Positions 40,306 to 49,241 of a stretch of DNA of 64,000 bases are shown one piece after another. The notes under the pieces are model-generated. The model worked only from the letters and a program-made list of their open reading frames with translations, searched no databases and was not told the origin of the DNA. The stretch's first letter is position 1, and every line of letters begins with the position of its first letter. The stretch spans positions 16,523 to 80,522 of the forward strand of contig CAMDOH010000002.1 in NCBI GenBank assembly GCA_945903605.1, given 5' to 3'. Both the position numbers and the translations under genes were made by a program. The DNA is from Akkermansia muciniphila (GTDB lineage Bacteria; Verrucomicrobiota; Verrucomicrobiia; Limisphaerales; UBA1100).

Positions 40306-42117
40306 TTAAGGCGCGACGAGGTAGCGCAGGACAAACTCCTCGTAGTACGACTTCGGGAATTCAAAAATCACCGGCTGCGCATTCATCTCATTCACTGTCG
40401 CGTAGGGCCGTTGATAAGCGGATCGTCGCCCAAATTGCAGCGTGCGCGATACGGTTTTTCCTCCAAGGGTCATCTCCAAAGTGATGCTGTGAGGCGCATC
40501 AAGAAAGCCGTACAGAGCGAGCTTGTCCGCACCGGAAGCCGTCCACGATTCGGCGCGGATCTTACCGAGCCGCAGCAACGTTTCCTCAAAGGCCGCATGT
40601 TCCACTTCGTTGAAAACACCTTTCTCATTTGTCCATGTGCCGCGCTCGTTGCGTTGGTAACGTCGCTGTTTGAGTTTTTGCATGACAATGACGCCCGTGA
40701 CATTGGTTGAATTGAATTCCCAGATTTGTCGCGCGCGCAGCTGATAATTTGCATCAGGCAACCTTCGGGCATCTCCCAGCGGAAGGAGGTAAACGGAACT
40801 TTCGTCGTGGCGTCGCGCATAGATCCGGTCTCCAAGCACGTTTCCAAAATCGATGCGCGCGCGCAGCCGATTGGTGCCGTCGGCTGCGGACGACTTATCC
40901 CAGAGCAGATAACTGCTGCCGGGCGGGTCGAGGCCAAATTCTTTGTAATCCGTCACCACTTCTTTCGCGAGTTCGACGGCTTCAATCTGGCGGAGCTGTT
41001 TCAGCAGATCCTCGACCAACTCGGTGTCGGCGACGGCGATTTCCGGACGGGCGAATTGCCAAGTCCCATCTGAATTGCGTGCGACGGTGAATGGATTTCC
41101 AGAACGGACTTCGAGGGAATGAAGTTGGCTGGGCGCGATGGGATCCACCAATCTGCGGTCGCAAAAATCCCAGACGGGTTGTTGCAGCGAGTCCATCCAG
41201 TCGCGAGATACTTTGTAGAGATCGCCCGATACGGCACGCCGCGCAAAGACGAAATCCGGCTGGTTGGTGGGGCTGTTCCCAAAGGCAACTGTGGCCAGCC
41301 AGTTTGTGCCGCGAGCGATGGAAAGTTCGATGGGTGGGTTTTGCAATCCGAGAGGGGACAGCCCAGCGGTAGATTCGGCGACAAAATCAGTCACCTGCCA
41401 TTGCTGCATCTGTTGAAGGAATTGGGAGACTTTGTTTTTGTCCGCGCGTTTCACGGGAAGCGGAGCTGTCACCTGCCATGTCGAATTCGAACTGGTCTTC
41501 GAAAGCTCCATCGTCCGGTTTCCATTGCGCATGGTGATTCGGTCGATCGTTGCGATCTGAGCGTCATCGGGAAAAAGATAATGGCTGCGCCAATCGTTCA
41601 CAGATCTGGGAAGAAACTTTTGCAGGTCGTCGGCAATGACATGAACGGATTTCTCCGTCGAAATCGAGGCGTACATCCGTTTCCCAAGCAGCGTGCTGTT
41701 GCCGAGTTGGATTTCAAATGGTCGGTGTGTGCCTTGCAGTCGAACCACCGACTGGGCCGGCGCAAGACCGAAGTCGACCAAGCCGTCTTTCACATCGGCG
41801 GCATCGATGGTGTTCAGTGATTCAAGTCGTGCGCAGGCGTTGATGAGCGCTTCGATGGCGATGCTGTGCGCGGGGTAATTGATGGGCTGCGTGATCGTCC
41901 ATCCACTTCCATCACGCACAGCCTTGAATCGGTTTGTGTGTTGGAAGTATTCGACCGAATGAACATCACGTGCGTTGAAATCGCCCAGCCGGGGCTTCGG
42001 ACGCGTGTTGCTGCTTGCAGGCGCGTGGCTCCACTCGAATAGGAAAGTGTACATCGCCAACCCAGCGGCGATGGCCGTCAGCAAAATCGTCTCTCGTGTC
42101 AGGTGTCGTGTGATCAT
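40306..42117 (-). CDS. DUF4340-like protein (last gene of the GldA/F/G-like ABC cluster)
   Basis: 603 aa with one N-terminal TM anchor (ILLTAIAAGLAMYTFLF) and repetitive beta-rich modules. The assignment rests mainly on the conserved synteny ABC ATPase / ABC-2 permease / GldG / DUF4340. Confidence 0.65.
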   Translation of the reverse strand: MITRHLTRETILLTAIAAGLAMYTFLFEWSHAPASSNTRPKPRLGDFNARDVHSVEYFQHTNRFKAVRDGSGWTITQPINYPAHSIAIEALINACARLESLNTIDAADVKDGLVDFGLAPAQSVVRLQGTHRPFEIQLGNSTLLGKRMYASISTEKSVHVIADDLQKFLPRSVNDWRSHYLFPDDAQIATIDRITMRNGNRTMELSKTSSNSTWQVTAPLPVKRADKNKVSQFLQQMQQWQVTDFVAESTAGLSPLGLQNPPIELSIARGTNWLATVAFGNSPTNQPDFVFARRAVSGDLYKVSRDWMDSLQQPVWDFCDRRLVDPIAPSQLHSLEVRSGNPFTVARNSDGTWQFARPEIAVADTELVEDLLKQLRQIEAVELAKEVVTDYKEFGLDPPGSSYLLWDKSSAADGTNRLRARIDFGNVLGDRIYARRHDESSVYLLPLGDARRLPDANYQLRARQIWEFNSTNVTGVIVMQKLKQRRYQRNERGTWTNEKGVFNEVEHAAFEETLLRLGKIRAESWTASGADKLALYGFLDAPHSITLEMTLGGKTVSRTLQFGRRSAYQRPYATVNEMNAQPVIFEFPKSYYEEFVLRYLVAP

Positions 42118-42124
42118 TCCATTC

Positions 42125-43615
42125 TCATCGGCTTCGCCGAAACCAGACGAGCATTCCCAAGCATAATGTGGCGCCGGGAATGATGCCCACCAGCAAACCC
42201 GATAGCCTCTGTATCTGTTTTTGTGTCATGGATACGGTGTGTTCCTTGACTGGACGCGGACCGATGGCGTTGAGAGTTTGCGATCGGTCGAGCAGCCAAT
42301 TGACGCCGTGCCACGCAAAATCCCGGTTGGCCGCCGCGTCGAGCAGTTGGTTGTTGAAAACAAATGAGTCTCCGATGATCGCCATTCGCGTGGAGGAATC
42401 GGCGAGGCCGGGCACTCCAGCGCGTTCGACTGCCAGCGCAATTTTTTGAGTCCCGCGTTTTTCTTCCACGGGTCGCTTGGGGCCAGACTTCGGAAAATAG
42501 TCGCGAAAGGCGACGCTGTTCGGGCCGGTCTCAATCAACATTTGGACTTGCGGCGAATCGGCCTTGTTGGCGTTGGGGTCGCGCACATCGATCGTGCGTG
42601 GAAAAACAAGTTGAAGGGGTAATTGTGCGGTGGAGATGGGCCGGACGACTGGATGATTTCCAAATCGTGTAGCGACGAGCGCTCCATTCGGCCGGGAGTT
42701 TTCGTAATCGATCACGGTGTTCGCGCCCACGCGGACGTTCCATTTTTCCAGCAATTGATCCAGTCCCGCGCGAGAATTGTAGTGGAACAGCGTGAGCATG
42801 CGTCCGCCTCGACCGAGGTAGGCATCCAGTTTTTGCAACTCCTCGGCGTGCAGGTCGGTCTGTGGGCCAGCGATGATGAGCAATTTGCAATCGGGCGGAA
42901 TTTGATTCGCGCCAGCCAGTGTGAGGGGAATGAGTGGCACTTGGATTTCGGAGAGCATGGCCGAAAACTTTCCGTAGCCGCCGTCGGTGTTGAAGTTGCC
43001 GGGGTCATGTTCGCCATGTCCGGTCAAGTAATAGGCGAGCTTCGGTGAGGAATCCGACACGGCCACAAGTGCCGAAGTAAATAGTCGCTCTCCCTTAAAT
43101 CCCGTGCGTTTGATTTCGTGCAGGTAGGCGCCTGATTCGGATCGGATGACATCCGAATAGGCATAATTGGAAAGCTCACCGCTGGAAATGATGTGCGTGC
43201 GTCCGGTGGTATCGAAGATAACCAAATCCTTGGCGTTGACGGGCAGTTTGTATCTGGCGACCACCTCCGCCGCACGGACCGGTTTGGCCTCGTAATCGAC
43301 AACCTCCAGCGTGAGTCGGCTGTTGATCTGCTCGTACTGTCTGAGCAACTCGATCACATGTTTGTAAACAGGCACACGTCGGTCGAAATAGACAATCACT
43401 CGCACCTCGTTCGTCACGACGTCGAGCACCTGTTTGGTTAGCGGCGACAATTGCCTGTCCGCTTCCGCCGACAAATCCACGCGCTTGAAATGGCGCTGCG
43501 AAAGATAATTCACCGAGGCCAGAATCAGAGCCAAGGCGACAAATCCAATCGCCGCATTCAGCAAACTGCCGAACGCGCGGATTCTCGTGAAGCCATTTGT
43601 CATCGATTCAGACAT
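42125..43615 (-). CDS. GldG-like ABC transporter auxiliary component (ABC_transp_aux family)
   Basis: 496 aa with N- and C-terminal TM anchors (..AAIGFVALALILASVNYL.. and ..LLVGIIPGATLCLGMLVWF) flanking a large extracytoplasmic domain. The RVDLS....LSP.T..VL......V.V..Y pattern is typical of GldG. It starts 1 nt after the permease stop. Confidence 0.8.
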   Translation of the reverse strand: MSESMTNGFTRIRAFGSLLNAAIGFVALALILASVNYLSQRHFKRVDLSAEADRQLSPLTKQVLDVVTNEVRVIVYFDRRVPVYKHVIELLRQYEQINSRLTLEVVDYEAKPVRAAEVVARYKLPVNAKDLVIFDTTGRTHIISSGELSNYAYSDVIRSESGAYLHEIKRTGFKGERLFTSALVAVSDSSPKLAYYLTGHGEHDPGNFNTDGGYGKFSAMLSEIQVPLIPLTLAGANQIPPDCKLLIIAGPQTDLHAEELQKLDAYLGRGGRMLTLFHYNSRAGLDQLLEKWNVRVGANTVIDYENSRPNGALVATRFGNHPVVRPISTAQLPLQLVFPRTIDVRDPNANKADSPQVQMLIETGPNSVAFRDYFPKSGPKRPVEEKRGTQKIALAVERAGVPGLADSSTRMAIIGDSFVFNNQLLDAAANRDFAWHGVNWLLDRSQTLNAIGPRPVKEHTVSMTQKQIQRLSGLLVGIIPGATLCLGMLVWFRRSR

Positions 43616-43616
43616 T

Positions 43617-44369
43617 TCATCTCCAATGTCGGGTGCCTAAAACTTTTTGCGTCAGATAGAGGAACATGCCAGAGGCGCTCACATAAAAAATAACGTGCCG
43701 GGTATCCACGATGCCACCGGCAAAATCGCGCATGTGATCCATCAGCGAAATCTGCCGCAACAATGCGCTCGACCAACCAGGTTGCGGCTGTTCGTTCCAC
43801 GCGAAGTATCCCACCAAGAATAAACCAACGCCCAAGCCTGCGCTGGTCATCGCCGCGACAATCTGGCTGCGAGTGATGGATGAGGCGAAACAGCCCATCG
43901 ACATGAACAACATGCCCAGCATGGAAATCCCCAAGAAGGTGCTGAACATCGATCCCCAACTGAGTCCCGCCCAGTCTGCAGAATATTGCCGCAGGACAAG
44001 CGGGTAGCCAACAATCGGCAGCCACGTGATCATGAAAAACAACAGCGCGCCCACAAATTTCGCCATCACTACTTGCCAGTCGCGCACCGGAGTCGTGAGC
44101 AGCGTCTCGAGCGTGCCTGTGTTTCGTTCTTGTGCGAAGCTGCGCATGGTGATCAGCGGCGACACGAGGAGCAACACGAGCCAGAAAAACTCCATCTGCG
44201 GGAATTTCTCGGTGATGGGCATGTCAAACGGGCGATTGTTCAACGCATCAATCACCACCATCAAGCCCAGCCCCAACAAGAATTGGACGCCTGCGATGAT
44301 GACGTAGCCGCGCAGTGAAAATAACTGCGTGGCCAGTTCGCGCCGAGTCAGTAACCACCAAATGCTCAA
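43617..44369 (-). CDS. ABC-2 type transporter permease (GldF-like)
   Basis: 250 aa with 6 hydrophobic segments and a TTG start that overlaps the ATPase stop (TTGA). It has E...GTLE.LLT.P in the first loop. Confidence 0.8.
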   Translation of the reverse strand: MSIWWLLTRRELATQLFSLRGYVIIAGVQFLLGLGLMVVIDALNNRPFDMPITEKFPQMEFFWLVLLLVSPLITMRSFAQERNTGTLETLLTTPVRDWQVVMAKFVGALLFFMITWLPIVGYPLVLRQYSADWAGLSWGSMFSTFLGISMLGMLFMSMGCFASSITRSQIVAAMTSAGLGVGLFLVGYFAWNEQPQPGWSSALLRQISLMDHMRDFAGGIVDTRHVIFYVSASGMFLYLTQKVLGTRHWR

Positions 44370-45346
44370 GCGTCGCCTTCCTTTCGCCGGTTTACCAGGT
44401 GCACAAAGATGTCCTCCAACGTGTGCCGTTGCTGCGTGAGTTCGCGCATGGGCCAGTGCCGTTCAGCTGCCAGCGCAGAAAGTTTCGGTCGGAGATCTTC
44501 TCCTGATCGTGGTGTGAGCGAGCATCGAATGAATGCTCCGTCGACTTGTGCCAAATGATACTCACGGACTTCGGCAAGGTGTTCGCACACCGATCGGAGT
44601 TCCTCCATTCCAGCGGCAATTTCTGTGACGACCGAGATGTCGCCCGGACACTCCTTTGAAAGTTCCGGCAATGTACCGGATGCGAGGATCTGGCCTTCAT
44701 GAAAAATAAAGAGCTGCGTGCACGTGACCTCCACTTCTGGAAGAATGTGCGAGGAGATGACCACCGTGCGGTCTTTTCCCAATGACTTGATCAGCTGCCG
44801 CACTGTCCTTGTTTGGTGCGGATCCAAGCCAATGGTCGGTTCATCGAGTATCAACACTTCCGGTTCATGCAAGATGGCGTCTGCCAATCCGACGCGTTGC
44901 CTGTAGCCTTTCGACAACTGGCCGATGATCCGGTTGGAAACACGTTCCAGCTCGAACTGTCCCAGCACCGTATCCATCCGTTCCTTGAGTCGGCGTCCGG
45001 TGATTCCCTTCAACTTCCCTCGGAACCGCACGTACTCCTTCACCCGCATGTCCAGATGCAACGGGTTGTTCTCCGGCATGAATCCCACTCGCCGCCGCAC
45101 TTCCAGTGAAGAATCAGCCACATCGATGCCAGCCACGCGCACCGTGCCGGAAGTCGCTGCGAGAAATCCTGCCAAGATTCGCATCGTGGTGCTTTTCCCA
45201 GCACCGTTCGGCCCCAGAAATCCAACGATGTGACCGCGTGGAACTGAGAATGAAAGATCGGCGATGGCCGTACGGCCACCATAATTCTTCGTGAGTCCAT
45301 CGACTTCGATGACAGCATCGTTGTGAGTGGATTCGTCGTTCAACAT
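44366..45346 (-). CDS. ABC transporter ATP-binding protein (GldA-like)
   Basis: 326 aa with Walker A (GPNGAGKSTT), the signature (LSKGYRQRVGLA), Walker B (ILILDEPTIGLD) and the H-loop (SSHIL). Confidence 0.92.
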   Translation of the reverse strand: MLNDESTHNDAVIEVDGLTKNYGGRTAIADLSFSVPRGHIVGFLGPNGAGKSTTMRILAGFLAATSGTVRVAGIDVADSSLEVRRRVGFMPENNPLHLDMRVKEYVRFRGKLKGITGRRLKERMDTVLGQFELERVSNRIIGQLSKGYRQRVGLADAILHEPEVLILDEPTIGLDPHQTRTVRQLIKSLGKDRTVVISSHILPEVEVTCTQLFIFHEGQILASGTLPELSKECPGDISVVTEIAAGMEELRSVCEHLAEVREYHLAQVDGAFIRCSLTPRSGEDLRPKLSALAAERHWPMRELTQQRHTLEDIFVHLVNRRKEGDA

Positions 45347-45503
45347 GGCCGCAACAACTCAGGCGTCCGGCAATTGGCGCGCTGCGCCGTTCCGCTGTTG
45401 ACGCCGCTGAATACTCGATGATGATGAATCAAATTCCAAAACCCTTTTTTGTGCCTCCGCACGACGGCAACCTGACAAAGAAAACAATCCGAAGCAATCG
45501 CAA

Positions 45504-46910
45504 GTGCCAAACAACAGCAGCTCATTTTATTCGCAATGGCGCGGCGCGCATGCCGGTTGGATTCTGCGCGAATCGGCCAAGCCTTCCGAGCGCCTGCTTC
45601 AGGCTGTTTGGAGTCATCAACGCCTAGATCGGAATCAACTCCGGCTCGTGGACGGACGGACTTTGCGCGTGTTGCATCCCGGTTTCTTGAATCGCGAATC
45701 TGGCCCAGACTTTCGCAGAGCCATCGTCCAGTTCGAAAATGATCTACCAGTCACGGGCGACATCGAGATTGATCTCGAACCCTCCGGATGGCACAGCCAT
45801 GGTCACGCTAATAATCCCACGTACGCTGGCGTGATTCTCCACATTGTCTGGCGCGGGGCACCATCGAATACATTGCCCACACTCACGCTGGCCGGATCGC
45901 TCGATGCGCCGATAGAAGAACTCGCCTGCTGGCTGGGTGGTGACACGCCGCCGCCGTCTGCAAATCTGCTTGGCCGTTGTAACGCGCCACTCAGCGATTT
46001 GCCAAGCGAGCGGATTGAGGAATTGCTTCGACAAGCCGCGATGATCCGGCTTTCAGCAAAGGCACACCAATTCACCGCATGCGCTCGTCGTGCCGGTTGG
46101 GAACAGTCGCTTTGGGAAGGGCTTTTCCGCGCGCTCGGCTATAAGAACAACATTTGGCCGATGCAACGACTCGCCGATCTGCTCCCCGTTCTTCGTGAAC
46201 TTCCACTCACCTTCGTGCAGTGGCGGGCTAGATTGCTTGGTTTGGCTGGATTATTACCTGCAGAAACTCTGCGCAGCCCATTTCTGAGCGATGTTGCGCT
46301 TCGCCAACTTTGGGAAGACTGGTGGCGAATACGCGCATCCATCTGCGATCAAATTCTTCCGCGAACAATTTGGCGGATGGCGGGACTGCGTCCGGCGAAT
46401 CATCCGATTCGACGATTAACACTGGCCGCGCACTGGCTCGCTCAATCCGGATTCATCGCGCGATTGGACGAATGGCTGTTGCTTGCCGCCAAAGATTCAT
46501 CACCGGCAAACTCGTTGCTCCGATTATTACAGTCGGATGAAGATCCTAATGACACATCGCAATTATCAAAGCCGATGCAGTTGTTGGGGGCCTCTCGCGC
46601 AACCGATCTGGCCGTGAACGTGATACTGCCGTGGTTTTGGGCGCGAGCAGGTAGTGGGCAAAACAAATCCCTTCAGCTTCAGGTCGAGGAATTATTTCTT
46701 GCTTGGCCAGCGGGCGAAGACAACGCCGTGCTGAAACTCACAAGACAACGACTGTTCGCTGGGCCGCGCCGATTGCGTTCGGCGGCAGAGCAACAGGGCT
46801 TGCTGCAAATCGCTCGCGACTACTGCGATCACTCGAATGCGCTCTGTGAACACTGTCCGTTTCCTGACTTGGTACGAAGCTGGGCTGCGACCCCGAGTGG
46901 ATGCGATTAG
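45504..46910 (+). CDS. DUF2851 family protein
   Basis: 468 aa. The N-terminal pattern (LLQAVWSHQRL....L...DGR.LRVLHPG..N...GPDF..A.V.F......G.IEIDL..SGW..HGH...P.Y..VILHIVW) matches DUF2851 as I remember it. Confidence 0.8.
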   Translation: MPNNSSSFYSQWRGAHAGWILRESAKPSERLLQAVWSHQRLDRNQLRLVDGRTLRVLHPGFLNRESGPDFRRAIVQFENDLPVTGDIEIDLEPSGWHSHGHANNPTYAGVILHIVWRGAPSNTLPTLTLAGSLDAPIEELACWLGGDTPPPSANLLGRCNAPLSDLPSERIEELLRQAAMIRLSAKAHQFTACARRAGWEQSLWEGLFRALGYKNNIWPMQRLADLLPVLRELPLTFVQWRARLLGLAGLLPAETLRSPFLSDVALRQLWEDWWRIRASICDQILPRTIWRMAGLRPANHPIRRLTLAAHWLAQSGFIARLDEWLLLAAKDSSPANSLLRLLQSDEDPNDTSQLSKPMQLLGASRATDLAVNVILPWFWARAGSGQNKSLQLQVEELFLAWPAGEDNAVLKLTRQRLFAGPRRLRSAAEQQGLLQIARDYCDHSNALCEHCPFPDLVRSWAATPSGCD

Positions 46911-48277
46911 TCTGCGGATTTCTTCTTGGCCTGTTGATCGATTGGCGTGACGGGGTCTATCCAGATCCAACAGAAAGCACCGAGCGCGTAAATGATGGAT
47001 GAGACAAGGAAAGCGAGCTGCCAGTTCTTGGAAGTGTAATAAAGAATTTGCCCGACCACGAACGGTCCCAACATGCCGCCGAAATTGCCCATCATATTCA
47101 TGCTGCCCGAAACTGTGCCGGCATACTTGCCCCCCACATCCATGCAAGTGCTCCAGCTTCCTGGCATGGTCAGATCATTGCAGAAGCTGGCCATGCCCAT
47201 CGCAAGCATCGCGAGCAACGGATCCTTGATGTAAAATGAAGTCATCAACAAAGACGCCGCACCGGTGAATCCGATAATGGCGAAAGTGCGGCGAACAAGT
47301 ACCACGCTCGCCCCACTGGAAAGCCAGCGAGTCGAAATAGCTCCAGCCGTCAATGAGCCGAATCCGCCAAAGAGGAGAGGGACTCCCGCCAGTGCCGCCG
47401 CTAGAATTTTCAGTGAAGTCTCCGGCGTGAATGATCCTTCGAGTTGCTGCGCAACCCAACCCATCACGGCGTTGGATTTAATTTCCATCCCGCGGACGTC
47501 TTTCAGGTATTTCGGCAGCCAGGTGATGTAGAAATACCAGCCGTAGCTCAGGCAAAAATATTGTGCCCATAGCAGCCACATCGTCGGGCGAGTCGCCAAT
47601 TCGCGCCAAGGAACGTTTCCGTGACTGTCGGCATTCTGCTCGTTTTCCTTGAGCAATTCCAATTCAGCGGCATTGACTCCTTTGTGATCGCGCGGGTTGT
47701 CGCGAAACCACCACCACCAAACAAGAACCCACACGACACCCAGCATGCCGAATATCAGAAACGCCAGTCGCCACGGCACAAAAGTCATCACCGCTACAAC
47801 GAGCAGCGGCGTAAAAGCCCCACCCCAACGCGCACCCATCCACATGATCGCCTGTGCGCGTGTCCGTTCTTTGAATGGAAGCCAAGTGCTGAATGCTTTT
47901 GTCAGATTAGGAAAGCAACCAGCTTCGCCGACGCCAAACAGGAACCGAGTGACCCACAACGAAGCATAACTCCAGACCCAGCCAGTGGCCGCAGTGAAGA
48001 ACGACCACCACAGCACGACTCGGATAAGCACCCGCTTTGCACCGAGCTTGTCTCCAAGCCAACCGGTCGGAATTTCAAACAACGCGTAAGCGAGGCCGAA
48101 TGCCGCAAAGATACTGCCGATTTGTCGCTCATCCAATTGGAGGTCACGCGAAATGTCAGGCATCGCCTGCGAGATGCAGACGCGGTCGATGTATTGAATG
48201 ACCGCCAGCGTGACAGCAAAAAAAATGACCCAATGACGGGTGCGCGTCGGTTTGATGGCGGGCGAAGGCGAACTCAT
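46907..48277 (-). CDS. MFS transporter (anion:cation symporter/ACS-like)
   Basis: 456 aa from the ATG at 48277; the track ORF begins at 48490. It has about 12 TM segments, an N-terminus (W.IFFAVTLAVIQYIDRVCIS.A), and G.L.D..G.KR in loop 2-3. Confidence 0.85.
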   Translation of the reverse strand: MSSPSPAIKPTRTRHWVIFFAVTLAVIQYIDRVCISQAMPDISRDLQLDERQIGSIFAAFGLAYALFEIPTGWLGDKLGAKRVLIRVVLWWSFFTAATGWVWSYASLWVTRFLFGVGEAGCFPNLTKAFSTWLPFKERTRAQAIMWMGARWGGAFTPLLVVAVMTFVPWRLAFLIFGMLGVVWVLVWWWWFRDNPRDHKGVNAAELELLKENEQNADSHGNVPWRELATRPTMWLLWAQYFCLSYGWYFYITWLPKYLKDVRGMEIKSNAVMGWVAQQLEGSFTPETSLKILAAALAGVPLLFGGFGSLTAGAISTRWLSSGASVVLVRRTFAIIGFTGAASLLMTSFYIKDPLLAMLAMGMASFCNDLTMPGSWSTCMDVGGKYAGTVSGSMNMMGNFGGMLGPFVVGQILYYTSKNWQLAFLVSSIIYALGAFCWIWIDPVTPIDQQAKKKSAD

Positions 48278-48476
48278 GCGGGGTGATTGATAGGCGGAGT
48301 TTAGCTGCTCGAGATGGTGTGGCGCAAGCGGCGATTCGCAGATTGTCCGGCTGAAATCTGATTGAGAAAAGTTCAGATCGTGGCGCGTACATTTTGTAAC
48401 CGCCATGCTTTGTTCACGTCTAAACAATCGCAGGCAGTTCCAATGCTTCCGAAAGTCAGTTGCGGAAGATTGACAC

Positions 48477-49226
48477 ATGAGAACAAACACATCGTTTGTC
48501 GGCCGGAGAAGGGTTCTTCGTCAGTCAGGAATCACACTGATCGAATTGCTGATCACCATTTCCTTGTGCAGCGGCTTGATGGCGATGACGGGGCCGGCAC
48601 TGATTCTGGCGCGGCAAAAGGCGAATGAATTGCGTTGCTTGAATTCCGTTCGAAACATCTCGCTGGCCAGCGCGCTGTTTTCAGAAGAAAACTCGGACAA
48701 GATCGTTCCTCATGCACTTTTGGGTGCGACAGGACGGCGAGCGATATTGAACAATCAGTTTTTGACCTACTGGCCGGACTTGCTCGCTCAACACCTTTCT
48801 TCGCCGGAGAACTTCCGCTGTCCCGAATCGCGTTCAACGAATGAAACTGCCGTGTCGCTCGGAATGGCGGTTGGTTCGCTCGTTCCATATCTGTCGTCAA
48901 CTGCGCGGCAATGGACATCAGTTTCGGCTGTAGCCAAGCCCGGCCAGACATTCATGTTTGGAGACGCAGACTGGATTGAAGCCCTCACGGCCCGCAGCAG
49001 CAACGCGGACGATTGGAACGCGGACACATCACATTCCAGCGCGAGTTGGACTATTCGAGTTCCTTCGGATCCTGCATTCGATCGGATTCCGACTCGCGCA
49101 TGGAATCGTCATGGGCATGGTTTGAGCGCTGGATTTGTGGATGGCCATGTGGAACCAACGCGAGCAAGCGCACTTGGATTCGATTTGCCGCAAGGCCACG
49201 CAGGCAATCGTTGGGACTTGAAATAA
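48477..49226 (+). CDS. prepilin-type N-terminal cleavage/methylation protein with a C-terminal H-X9-DG motif
   Basis: 249 aa. The class-III signal (..RQSG|ITLIELLITISL) has Glu at +5, and a C-terminal HGHGLSAGFVDG (H-X9-DG) is present. Confidence 0.8.
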   Translation: MRTNTSFVGRRRVLRQSGITLIELLITISLCSGLMAMTGPALILARQKANELRCLNSVRNISLASALFSEENSDKIVPHALLGATGRRAILNNQFLTYWPDLLAQHLSSPENFRCPESRSTNETAVSLGMAVGSLVPYLSSTARQWTSVSAVAKPGQTFMFGDADWIEALTARSSNADDWNADTSHSSASWTIRVPSDPAFDRIPTRAWNRHGHGLSAGFVDGHVEPTRASALGFDLPQGHAGNRWDLK

Positions 49227-49241
49227 ACTTTTCTGCGGCCG

